A stretch of DNA of 62,464 bases, the filler included, from Choristocarpus tenellus KU-1152 (lineage: Eukaryota; Protista; Phaeophyceae): assembly GCA_964200185.2 (NCBI GenBank). It is 11 parts of 11 records of this genome, joined end to end, with 100 filler letters (N's around TTAATTAATTAA, not from the genome) between each part and the next. Parts side by side here need not be neighbours in the genome. Positions count along the whole stretch, not along the records: positions 23,508 to 27,200 come from CAXNAD020018471.1; positions 27,301 to 31,797 come from CAXNAD020014287.1; positions 31,898 to 34,419 come from CAXNAD020027104.1; positions 34,520 to 38,498 come from CAXNAD020016821.1; 7 more parts are not named here. The stretch is one strand, 5' to 3'. Numbering within the stretch: the stretch's first letter is position 1; each line of letters opens with the position of its first letter. The notes below the pieces were generated by a model that saw only the letters and a list, made by a program, of their open reading frames with translations, ran no database searches and was not told the origin of the DNA. Shown in pieces: positions 25,330 to 36,769 of this stretch. Made by a program: the position numbers and the translations under genes.

Positions 25330-25850
25330 CTTGTCCAACCTTTACCTTGTCCTTTCGATTAAGGTTCGTCTTGGTCCGTCTGGTCGGTCTTGATTGGTGA
25401 TTCTCTTCACTATTTTCCCTGAGTGAACCACATAGCCACAGAATATATTTGTATATGTGTATGTATGTTCATGATGCTTTGTATGGTTTTGCGTTTGAGT
25501 TTGTCCCTCTCTCCTAGAAATATTGGAGGGAATAATAAAAAAATATCTGAATAGTTGGTGCTGAGGTTCTCTTTTCCGATTAAACTGCGATTCAATCGAA
25601 TTGAACCGATTCAATCGCCTTGATTTGCAACACTAAATTATTTTGTAGAGAACATCAAAACAACGTATTCACCACAGGGTGCCTTGTATCCACAATTCAC
25701 TAACGTCCTTCTTCTCATGGCTTGGGTTTGCCTGCTGAGACCTATGGAGGTCTTGGAGTTTTTTATTTCATCCATCAACAGATAAAGCAAAAAGGGTCGT
25801 GCAGATCGGTGCACTTGAGGGTCACCTCGTAATGCTCCATGAATAATCGT
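25330..25850 (-). mobile_element. Possible decayed non-LTR retrotransposon RT fragment
   Basis: HGALRGDP...RPFLLYLLMDEI resembles the QGDPLSP.LF.L.M RT motif; the rest is heavily decayed. Confidence 0.3.
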
Positions 25851-26966
25851 TCACAACATTATTTTTTGTATTAGATTAGGGTTTTGAATTACAAGGATTT
25901 GCAAATTGTATTTTTCTGATCGGTTAAACTGTCACTAAGAAACATTACGATCAATGTTTGAGTCATCCCATCATAATGGCTGCGACCAGTAAGCGGCATA
26001 GGCTCGAGGAAATGGACGTCGTGAGTGGTGCCCCCCCCCGCCAGAGGCTAAATGTCTTGAGGCAAACATTGCACATGTGTACAAGGGTGCCATCGCGTGT
26101 GAGACAAACAGGAAATTTCGAGTGTCAGATAGAATTATGGAGTGTTGTTTCCTGCTTACTGCAGTCCTTGTGTATTCTACCATTACGGAATATAATATAA
26201 TTTTACGGTCCTATACCAACAATTCATTTGAGGATGAAGACTGCGCCACAACTTCTGCAATAAATATACTTTCACTTTGTTCAATGCATCTAACCGCAAC
26301 TCAACTTATTCTCCCCAAACATCCACTCCTATACACCCAATTAATTATTACTGTACATTATAGTGTAGATACTACATGAAGTATGAGCCAAGAGATAGGA
26401 GTCGTTGTGATGCACCAGCCATCTGCACCTAAAGGTACGTTGCTTAACCTATCCATAGCTCAACATCCATATCTGATTAAAACCACAACAATAACAAATC
26501 TTCAACTTCTACCTTCAACCCTCTGTCAAACCAACTTTATTGATATGTTTTGTCTTGATTTTTGATTTATAACACCTTTACAAAAATGTCAGGTTTTGGG
26601 GTTATAAAATTTCTTAGTCTTATTTCTAGTTACTACTTCAAAGTATATTAATTTGTGTAGTACGATTGGCTTTGTAGAATCAACAAAATGTTATGACAAT
26701 ATCAGAATTGTTAACCATTCATCTCAGGAACAACCTAAGCAAAGTATCCGCCTTCATGTGGTCCAATCATCTCGGGTTATGTTTTTATTTTTTTTTATCT
26801 CAAAGGGACTTCCTGAGTTGTGGATGTACGTGGAGAACGTGCAGAATAAACGACTAATTTGTCAAAGAATGTTCGGTTATCAGTTGTTGGGGTTCATTGG
26901 ATGCAGCAATTATTATTGGCGCTGGTTTAAAACTCTATATCACAGATCCTATCACGTCACAGCACA

Positions 26967-27150
26967 GACCCAAAGTATTTGGGGGGCGGGGGCAGTCTAC
27001 ACCAGGGTGTCCATTTGGACCAAAACCAGGAAAATTTCACTTACATTATCCATCAGGCAGATGCAACCAAATCACCCAAAAATCGCGACATGAAAAAATT
27101 GACCCCAAAAGGACAGTCGCTACCCCCCCCCGCCCCAGATACTTTGAGCC
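26967..27150 (+). mobile_element. MITE family B complete copy (partial ends also at 1-21, 8221-8246, 19197-19228, 31898-31929, 49586-49662)
   Basis: TIRs GACCCAAAGTATTTGGGGGG / CCCCAGATACTTTGAGCC; interior shared with 11740 and 48749. Confidence 0.85.
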
Positions 27151-27300
27151 CATTTCCAAAATTAAGAAAATATACCACTCACTGTACAGCCCCAGCAGTC
27201 NNNNNNNNNNNNNNNNNNNNNNNNNNNNNNNNNNNNNNNNNNNNTTAATTAATTAANNNNNNNNNNNNNNNNNNNNNNNNNNNNNNNNNNNNNNNNNNNN

Positions 27301-28015
27301 GTAGATGGGAAGCACAGGAAGACAGTAGTACAATATTTGATAGTGGTGAAATAACTGATTAGTGGTTACCACGCAATGTCTTACAGTATTCTCACGTTTA
27401 GGATAGGGTTAGGGTTAGTTTTCATCATTGGTTTTCCCCCTGACACATCTGCAAAATGTCAGAGGGCATAATAAATATATAATAGTGACAATATGACTGC
27501 CATGCTGAATAGACGGAACGAAGGGATTATTACTACTACTCTTTATCGAAAGTAGGAGGCCAAAGCAAGGACTGGCACCATGGTGATTCCATGGTTGGTG
27601 TGACCATGTTGTTACTACCTACTGCTACTACTACTATACTACTACTATACTATTAATTGTTTATGCTATTAGTTGTTTATACTATTATGTAGGAGGCTAC
27701 ACCAAGAAAGGGCTTTTAAATTCCCGTCTACGACTGGTAGTTATCTATCTGTCACAACACAAGAAACTCTATCTAGACGTGTCATGAGTTTTAAGCTGGA
27801 GACACCAGGGAGATGGGCAAGGAGGAGCTTGTTAGGTTCTTGGGATGCTTCCGTAGCTCCTCACCCTGGGGTGCAGGACCAAGCTAGGTTGGAGGCACAG
27901 GAGGGCAGCGGTGTAGCATATCTGTTGTTACTTTTTTGGGGGTTGTTCTGACTTTTGAGTGGTTTTTCATTGGCTTTTCACCTGACACATCTCCAAAATG
28001 TCAGAGGGCATAAGT
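27301..28015 (+). mobile_element. Two tandem 5'-truncated CRE-like LINE 3' ends with (TAC/TAT)n tracts
   Basis: CCTGACACATCTGCAAAATGTCAGAGGGCATAA at ~27439 and ~27981; the 27720-27890 translation (LSVTTQETLSRRV...SWDASVAP) matches the 29174-29300 element. Confidence 0.65.
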
Positions 28016-28704
28016 ATGAAATTATACTATGAAATACTATTACTACCGATTCTATATATTACCTCATTTCTTCAACCAAGTATAACAAGGTATGTGTACC
28101 AAGGACTGTAACTCCTCTGTTAAGATCGAGGAATAGTAAGGCTCCTGGTGAGTGGGCGACCAGGTGAGGTGGAGCATGCTATATGTGGAGGAGAGGGGCT
28201 AAGCAAGGAGGTACAATAAGAGGTGGGGTAATGCTGGTGCGAAAGCGAGCTCCTTCCCTTGGATACATGTAGAGCAACAATAGCCGGCTAGTAAAACCAG
28301 TGATAAAAATTCTACTTTGTACGACTACCGAACAAAGTTTAACAAAAAGCAAGCTTAACAGGAAGAAGGTGCGCTATGGGACCAAACAATAATTGCTTCA
28401 GCTAACTCCGTTGTAGTCAACAGGTACACTAGCCCAACCAGATTATTGTTGTGTTTCTGTTGCACGTTCTTCTCCTGCATGTAATGTGCATGTATATATT
28501 TACCGAACTAGACTATTGGAGAAGAGAGGGTGTGAGAATATTTTACGACTGTGAAACCTTGATCTGTTAGTTGACCATTATCAAGGTTTACCGCAGGTAT
28601 TATGGTATAGGGGCATGTACGCACAAAAGAGACACGGCTGGTCATGCCTCAATCCTTTGCTTAAGGGCTTTATTGGGCCTCGGTTCCATATATTATTATG
28701 ACCT

Positions 28705-28964
28705 GAGTGAAAGTATCTTGGAGGGTACGAATTTGGTCCTGTTTGTCCATGTGGAGCTTGGTTTTCCCATGACTTTTTATTGATATTTTACCGACTCCAA
28801 AATGTTTCGGAGTAGGTAAAATGTACACGTTATGAAAAGGAGTGTCCAGACAAGGATATTTGACATCTCCTAACAAACATGATAGTCAAAATTACACCAA
28901 AATTGTAACATTGGATTTTGGTCCCCAAATGGACGCGGCTGTACCCTCTAAGATAATTTGGCTC
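28705..28964 (+). mobile_element. MITE family A copy 7, inserted in a LINE 3' hairpin
   Basis: Perfect TSD ACCT; the empty site reconstructs TATTATTATGACCTCTGACATTTGC, the family C terminus. Confidence 0.93.
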
Positions 28965-29510
28965 ACCTCTGACATTTGCGGATGTGTCAGGGAAAAGTCA
29001 AACCAATATCATAAGGACCCCTGTAAAACGGAAGTAACAGTTGTGAATGCGAAAGATATCTCTTCAAAATTGTTTTGCTAATTGAGTACCAGCTATACTA
29101 CAACACTCCCTCAAAAGCTCGTAATTGCAATGTAGTGTGTACACTGGTGCTATGCCTGCAACCTAGCTTAGCCCTACACACCTTGGCGAGGAGCTAGAGA
29201 AGCATCCCAAGAATCTGACAGGCCCCTTCCTTGCCCATCTTCGTGGTGTATCCAGCTTAAAATGCATGAGACCTCTTGAGAGAACCACTTGTGTAATGAC
29301 AGACAGTATATGTCGTAAACGGGATTTGGCAATCCCTTTCCGCTGTAATCTCTCGGCCCTCTCCCCCCTATTGTGTGTTTACCCAACTCATCCAGAAAAC
29401 TTTCTGCTTCCTTACCGAGGGGCCCAAAACTTTCCACCGTGAAGGTGTTGAGGTTAAAACATTCATCACTTGTTCGGCATTCGACAATCGTCCAATATCC
29501 AATAACCAAT
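28965..29510 (-). mobile_element. CRE-like non-LTR retrotransposon 3' fragment (RLE C-terminus, 3' UTR, terminal hairpin)
   Basis: FTVESFGPLGKEAESFLDELGK is typical of restriction-like-endonuclease LINE C-termini; the 3' UTR ends in CCCTGACACATCCGCAAATGTCAGAGG. Confidence 0.7.
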
Positions 29511-30408
29511 TGTCAGTATCTGAGGAAGGTGGCGTGATGTGAGGCAACAATTTAATATGTAGTGAGGAAAACGAGATTCATATGATTATGTAGAAGGAAA
29601 ATATACTGAAAAAACCGAGTAGGACTTTTACCACCTCCTTAACGGACCAGAACCGAAAGACCGAAATAGTCACAAATAAATGGTAAGTTACCTACTGGCA
29701 GTGACTGAATGAACCAATTGTCAAAGACAGGAGAATTTTGCCACACTCGAACTAACTCACTGCTTTTTCCTTTGGCAATTTGTCCCCAAACCTGGGCACC
29801 ACGATACCCACTCCAAAGTCTAGAGACATTTGTTTTACCCCAGCTCTGCTGCAGTTGAGAGTATCACTCCATCTATTTCTGAAGATTTGCAAACAGGGGC
29901 AGTGAGAAGGAAAAGGCTGAAGGTGTGTGCAGTCGTCGTGGTCACTGAAGAGCGCCGTGTTGGCGGACACGAGGACAAGAGATATGACGAAGAATCCTCT
30001 TGGAGAAGGTAATATTCACTTTTAGAGAGTCACTTGCGAAATCTCAGCTGTTAGTACTCCTTGAAATGGTGCATAGACAGACGCAGAGTGTTCCTCTCTT
30101 CCTTGGTTTGAATTGTCCGGCAATACACACCATCTAACTTCGTTAGAACGACATTCGGCTTTTCGATGTAGCATATGTTTCCCTCTTGCCATCGATGTGG
30201 TCGATGCGTCGGTTAGATATTCCCGATATATTAAAAAGGATATGAGGTTTATTCTTACGCAAACATGGCAATGGCAAAGATGATCGTACTTATCAACCGT
30301 ATCTTCCTAAGGTCACTGGGCAACTGCCTGCAGTTTCATCTCAAACACTATGGGCCCCTCACCACTAGATCCCAACGTTACCTAATACCCTTTACCTCTT
30401 CGTTGCAG

Positions 30409-30738
30409 TGCGAGAGCCTGCGCCAGAGGCAGAAGCAAGGCCAGGACTCACAGCGGTACCCGTCAACACAACTTCGAGCAACCCTAGCCTAAGTGCCTCT
30501 CCCAAAGACGAGGTGTTGGCGATTGGGATGACCAATGGGGCAGCAGCGGATATTAATTCTGCCGAGGTTGATGAACATGGGCGCCCTTACCTTGAAGGCC
30601 AGAAATGGCAAAAGATGTCTGGCGATGAAGGTGGGGGGGCATTGGATCGTCTATTCGTGCGATTGTACGGGAACCTACCAATGGAGGAACGTCTACGCGT
30701 AGCATGGCTGGCGGGGACGCTATTTTTCATCATAGGCG
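30409..30738 (+). CDS. 5' exon of a TLC/NTT-family nucleotide (ATP/ADP) transporter-like gene
   Basis: Acceptor TTGCAG at 30408; RLRVAWLAGTLFFIIGG followed by a GTGAG donor resembles NTT helix 1 (usually continuing YWLLRSLKD); possible first exon from ATG 30265; the rest lies beyond the gap. Confidence 0.6.
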
Positions 30739-31108
30739 GGTGAGAGAGAAAGGTTGATAGGCTTTGGCTTGTGAGTGTAGCCAGAAAACGTCCGCTTTAT
30801 TGGTACTTGTATATTCCGGAGGTGAATGGTGGAACAGTGGGCATGCCCTTGTCGACATATGCGGGAAGGTTCCATAGAGAGATGCAGGCATCCAGAGAAT
30901 GGTACGAGGTAGGTGAGGGGAAATGGTTAGTGGACCTGAGGAAGATGGTTTTGTGGATGTGGGGATCAAGTGTACCAATCTATGCTGTGAGGAAGAAGAG
31001 ACCGATGGGATCTCTGAGATGCTTAAAAATTTGTGCAGATATGCTAGCATGACTGGAGGGTGTAGTCGAGACTCTGTTTCAATGAAAACAGAAACAGAGA
31101 TAGGTACC

Positions 31109-31797
31109 TGTTAAAGAAAATGGTGTTCCCAAGACTTGTGTATGTAAATAACTCGATTAATTTCCTCATTATGTAGAACAGGTTGTACATGAAGTAAGGA
31201 AGATGTAAGAAAGGAGAGTGAGCTTCGAAGCTCAAAGGGGGGCATCACCTTACGTTTCACATATTCTAACAACCCGTCATTCAATCCGTTGTACTAAAAT
31301 AACCCGCGGACAATACTTTCGTTGTCACCTAACAAAGATATACTATCGGTTATACTATAATAACCCGCGGACAATACTTTCATTATCCAACAATACTTCA
31401 ACAACTAAATGTTTCTCCCACAGAATCATATTTTACACATGAATAAAAAGCATATTCTTAACACACTCCCCTGCTTTGAACTTCAAGTGAAAAATACCAT
31501 CTCAAAACATTCTTTGACATATCTTAAACAAAAAGATCAATTCCACTTCATTCTACGTATGATAGCACTGGAATGCCTATTGAAAGAATCCTTAGACAAA
31601 CCCTTAGTAAATAAATCTGCATGTTGAAACTCCGTTGGCAAATGCCCAATTGCTATCTTGCCTTCCCTCTCCAACTGGCGTACATAGTGATACCTAATAT
31701 CAATGTGCTTGGTTCTACCCGCAGGTACTGCCTTCTTAGCAATCTTGATTGCACCATCATTATCCTCAAACAAAGATACAGGTTAATCCTTACAAAG
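31109..31797 (-). mobile_element. Ty1/copia 3' end: RNaseH tail, PPT and 355-bp LTR (31109-31463), antisense within the NTT intron
   Basis: FEDNDGAI...RTKHIDIRYHYVR...QHADLFTKGL intact; PPT AGCAGGGGAG; LTR ends TGTTAA...TTAACA. Confidence 0.92.
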
Positions 31798-31989
31798 NNN
31801 NNNNNNNNNNNNNNNNNNNNNNNNNNNNNNNNNNNNNNNNNTTAATTAATTAANNNNNNNNNNNNNNNNNNNNNNNNNNNNNNNNNNNNNNNNNNNNAGC
31901 CCCCCCCCCCCCCCCAGATACTTTGGGTCATCACATACATTGCACTCTCCCTGACTGAACTCAAGTCTACGGTAGGCAGCTGACATTAT

Positions 31990-33170
31990 GAAGAAGGCAA
32001 CAAGCAAAACCATTTGTGTGGGTCAGACATTTGTGTGCAGAATATGGTTGGTATGAATTACAGCAATGTGTGACAGAAAGCATTCAGGATGACAATTGAT
32101 GTACTAGAAGGTTATTAATTGACAACAAATCAATTGATTTTAGGTTGAAGTTCACATGTTCGAGAAATTTTCTATGTTGCGATCGAGTTGTCTGAAAACA
32201 TTAGAACTTCTTTCTAGTGATTCTTTCTATAAACAATAAGTGCTACACCAAACCCCACCATCCACAATAGTATCTCTCTTCTCTTCTCAACCATAACATC
32301 ACATTCAGCAAAGGAGAAGTGTGTGAGGCTTATAAAATTATCTCCCTTCCTCCGTACTGAAACCAATAGCAGTCTGAATCTGCACAAGGTTACGGGTCGC
32401 AACAGTATGGAGAATGATATGAAGAAGTTGACCATTTGGACTGGAGCACCAGGTTGGTCAGCGGAGACCTCGACGTCATGGAGACTGTCTGTGGTGGAGA
32501 GCGTCTGTATGACACTAATGTGTCTATGGCGACCATACAGGGTCTCTGAACTCATGGGCACACCAACGGAACAGGGACGAATAGCACAGGAAAACCATGA
32601 GAAGAACAACCGACTTCTGTGGTGTATGCTGATCCAAGCAACAAGAGGGTCCCCAGCAGCAGCAATCTTGGAGAGATTTGAAAACAATGAGCATCCAGAC
32701 GGCAGGGGAGCATGGATGGAACTAGAGAGAGATTCTATGGAGGTCGTACGTAGGACGAGGCCTCTGTGCAAATCATCACTTTGGAAGCACGCCTCCGAGA
32801 GCTACAGCGCTCCTCAACTACTACGGACATTATGGATTTCATTGTCCAACTGGAAAGGATATTAGCAGAATTGGAGCAGCTGAAGAAGAGGAAATTGGAC
32901 AACACGAAGAAGGCATCGGTACTATTGGTCATCAAGAAAGAAGTGTTTCTAATGTTTCCAGAAAACTCTTTATCACAATATAGGAAACTTCTCGAACATG
33001 TGAACTTCAACCTAAAATGAATTGATCTATTGTCGATTAATTACCCACTACTATATGAATTATCGTCCTGAATACGTTCCGTTACATGCATTATTGTAAT
33101 TCATATCGTACTTTGCACATTTTGCACAAATGCCTCCTGCAACAGGGTGCAGTTTCTTCTTCTTCCCTCT
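31990..33170. repeat. Diverged ~240-bp inverted repeat pair (31990-32225 / 32930-33170) around a copia gag-like fragment
   Basis: TTTTAGGTTGAAGTTCACATGTTCGAGAA (32138) versus TTCTCGAACATGTGAACTTCAACCTAAAA (32989); between them LLWCMLIQATRGSPAAAILERF...PDGRGAWMEL (gag-like). Confidence 0.75.
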
Positions 33171-34519
33171 ATCTTCAGGAAGGTGGTGAACAACTGCACA
33201 GCACATACTAAGCACAACGCGATGAGTTGTAACAGGATCAAATACGTCTGGTTCAAGAGCATGTATGACACGCAACCCACATCTGTCTGTACGGAGAGCT
33301 CAACTCTAACAGACAGAATGCACAATACAAGAAAGTCCTCCCTTCTTGCCTGGATTTCTAAAACATGGAGGATGTTTGGATAGGCCGGTAGGATTATTGC
33401 TGCTGCTTAGATGCACTGACGAATACTGAAGGTATTTTGAAGTCAAGCTTGAAACATCATGCATGCCACCCGAAAATCATGTTTCACAGGAGATGGCCAA
33501 CCTCATGCACGGCATTAGAATTTCTCCACCAATGTGGGTAAAAGCATACAATTGTCGTTCATCCTAATATTTTATCACTTCAGCATGCCATGTCTTTACA
33601 ACCCCCTGTTTGGGACCCACCAAAATGCAGTCGATCCATTTCGGCAAATATCAAGATGGTTGCTCCAGATTGCGGCTTGTGTATTGGCAACCGGAGGAGC
33701 TTCCCTTCATGGCACTGTCAAGAACGGGTTTTCCCTCTCCATCAAATATACCTCCAAGCACGAAGAGGAATCAGCAAGAGCACAAAGTACACATCACATC
33801 TCATGTGCACATTCCTTTGCTGGCCGACACCGCCCGGAACATACCCGCCAAGCTGCACATGACTGCTCAACAAGCTTAAGGTATACCTTCATTAGTATTG
33901 ATTGGAGAGTGAGACCCATAGAGCAACATAAAAATGTGATTATTCAAAGGATCCTCCTCATTTACCACCTACCCGGTAATAAAAACACTCTGGATGTGTG
34001 TTTGCGTGTAATGCTCCAAATCTGACTTGTTGGTTTTGCCCACGCCATAACACGACATGCTGTAGATATATCTACACGACGGAATGCAATCTCACTCTAC
34101 TCATTTAGTATACTCCCACAGACGGGTCCACCTCCTTTGCGTAGGCGTGTATGCCCCCCTCCACGTTCCACACTTTCTTGAAACCAAGCTGTGTGCTCAG
34201 GTGCTGGGCCACCTGTTGCGATCTGTGCAACGCCCCATAGGTCCCAGAAGGAAGGGTCAAGGACGGTGAGGGTGGGTACAATGAGAGCTACTTATCTAAG
34301 GAAAGAGACGTGAGAATAGCTAACTCAAAAGAGACAGGGCTCTCTTAAGGCATGGAATCTACGGTCTTTACTGCAACCAATATTGTAGTCTCGTACCCTC
34401 CTTCCTCTCCCCACCTCCCNNNNNNNNNNNNNNNNNNNNNNNNNNNNNNNNNNNNNNNNNNNNTTAATTAATTAANNNNNNNNNNNNNNNNNNNNNNNNN
34501 NNNNNNNNNNNNNNNNNNN

Positions 34520-34663
34520 GGGGTCCCGTCTGTCCTTATACCTTTGGCTTGGTTGAGGTCGCTTCCAAATCGTAGCGGTGCCCTCCACAAGCACTGAAAT
34601 ATTTTTGAACAAAAAAATATCCCATTCAAAAAGGGGCCCTTAAAACGTGCCGCAACATTCACA
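34520..34663 (-). repeat. ~143-bp repeat, inverted partner of 37900-38042
   Basis: About 90% identical by eye to the reverse complement of 37900-38042. Confidence 0.9.
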
Positions 34664-35033
34664 AAAAAAAAAAACATATGGACACTTTCCGCACACCATT
34701 TTGGGTCAAACCCATTCTCCATAGTATGCTCCATCCTCAATTTTCCTGAGAGACGTTTTTGGGAATGGTACAATCCCATGATACAAAAAAGAAGAAAACA
34801 AAAGTACCCCACGAATCCTTCGTCATTTAATTAACAAAGCACGCTCAGCTTGCCTTGACTTTCATCCACAAGGCGGAGTGGATCGATAGCAATCAGAACA
34901 GAGGCTTCTACCACTTAAAATATATCGCAAGAGGAGACAAGGTATTACCCTGTCAACTCCGTAGCAACAGAAATGATAGCAATGAAAGGCCAACAAGTGA
35001 AAAAGGTTTTCTTTTTTTGGAACAGAATAGGCC

Positions 35034-35143
35034 AACACTTTCCGCAACAGTCAGAGGTGTTTGAAACAATATAGACAACACTTTCTGCAATATTCAGAGG
35101 TGTTTGGAACGAAATAGATGACACGTTCTGCAATATTCAGAGG
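35034..35143. repeat. ~44-bp tandem repeat, about 2.5 units
   Basis: ACACTTTCTGCAATATTCAGAGGTGTTTG(G)AAC units at 35034, 35077 and 35121. Confidence 0.75.
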
Positions 35144-35379
35144 TAGCCAGGATCGCACTTGTAAACAAACTTCTTCATGGTAACACATACGTGGGAATTT
35201 GACAGCCACGTGTCGATACGCACAAGTCACTAAGAAGCAAGTCCAAGTCTTCTTCGATACAAATAAGAGCAAGTGTTTGCGCAGATACAATTAGAGGTCC
35301 AAACATAGTCTCCAGATTCAATCACACACATCTAGCACTGCCAGAGCTTCAAGTATGGATGCAAAGCGGGCGCACGTAC

Positions 35380-35450
35380 CACTGAGTTGACTGTCGTTAA
35401 GTTTCAGTGTTTCAGGGCAGAGAGCCCACCAAGTGATGACGGTATTTTCC
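35380..35450 (-). pseudogene. Frameshifted single-LRR exon (71 nt)
   Basis: CAG|GGAAAATACCGTCATCACTTGGTGGGCTCTCTGCCCTGAAACAC...CAACTCAGTG|GT; GKIPSSLGGLSALKH followed by a 1-nt deletion relative to the 72-nt exon. Confidence 0.8.
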
Positions 35451-35895
35451 CTGTGTTTGGATCAGAACACAGAGCACATTCATTATACAATTTAAAAATT
35501 CAAAAAACACACACACACACTCTCCATCACATCAAAAAAAAAAAGTACCACACATCACCCCGAATCAGCTACTATCAACAATACCCTCGGGTTGAGTTGG
35601 CTTCCGAGTCACACACCATGAAAATGCATAGCATCTCGTAAGAGCAGACAACAGCAATTCCTTCCGTGACCCCGCAATTAACTCCACGCCTACCAAGGAC
35701 CAGACGGACCAGGACCAGGCGAAGAGATTAATATTCCTCTGTTTTCAATAACACATTAAAAAAAAATAACGACAAAAAAAAATCTAAAAAAAAGCCCTTA
35801 CAAACAAATCTTCTCCTAAGACCAACGTAGAGAACACGAGACAAACGCACGTAAGGCACAGCTTCGAGATTGAATGCAAAATAGGGCCCACATAC

Positions 35896-35967
35896 CACTG
35901 AGTTGATTGTCGTTGAGGTGCAGGTGCTTCAGGCCAGAGAGCCGGCCGAGAGAGGGCGGTATTTCTC
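35896..35967 (-). CDS. Intact 72-nt phase-1 exon encoding one 24-aa LRR (ROCO/LRR-kinase type)
   Basis: ACAG acceptor, GTATGT donor; GEIPPSLGRLSGLKHLHLNDNQLS. Confidence 0.85.
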
Positions 35968-36769
35968 CTGTTTGGATGAGAACAGAGGGAGAGTGCACGT
36001 CTCACCTCACAAGTTGGAAATCAAAAACACACTAACGAAAAAAAATGTAAGATGTTCCACTCGTGTTCCAGATCGTCTACAAATAACCGCACTTTTTTGG
36101 ATCATTTCGACCGCCATCAAAGCAATAGAAAGAAAAAAAATCGTCAACCGGCAAGTGAACAGTCAACCAAGAGCAGACAGAGGCATTTATTTCCCCTCTC
36201 TTGGTCCAGAATTAATTAAGAACACAGCTATCAAGCCCCAGACAGACCGCAGTGAAGAGAGGCCTTATATTTTTATCAAAACAGTCGACATGTTCTGCAA
36301 AATTCAGAGGTAGATAGGGACACACTTGCAAACGAACCTCTTTAACAAAGATAAACGATATCACTGCCATGTGCACAGCACGAACCAGTCACCAAGGAGT
36401 GCATCTCTTCTTTGAAAAAGAGTAAGAGAGCAAATGCTTGCATGGATACAATTTGAGGTCCAAAGATACTCTCCATTAAATCACAAGTATCTAGCAATCG
36501 ACAGTTTCAAGCAGGGATGCAAAGTTGGGTGGAGATTAAAGTTGAAGGTGGAAAAAATATTTTGTGAGGATCTTACAGTTTTAGGTGTGAATGAAGGCTT
36601 GATGGTCTAATTCTGTATGAGTAATCAATGAAGAACCTCACTGGTAAAAATGGTTCAGAATCTGAGAAACGGATATACCTGGGAAGGGTATCCAATTCCA
36701 TCATATCTTAATATTTATGACAATTAGTGTAATTGTTACTTTTTATAGGGTAGTAATGATATTGAATTG

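Noticed and set aside
29752-29970. Possible first exon of a gene divergent from the NTT gene (GTGAGT donor near 29760)
   Set aside because: No start codon or homology support; too weak to list
33180-34100. Possible transposase remnant and several overlapping ORFs
   Set aside because: No recognisable catalytic motif; ORFs look spurious
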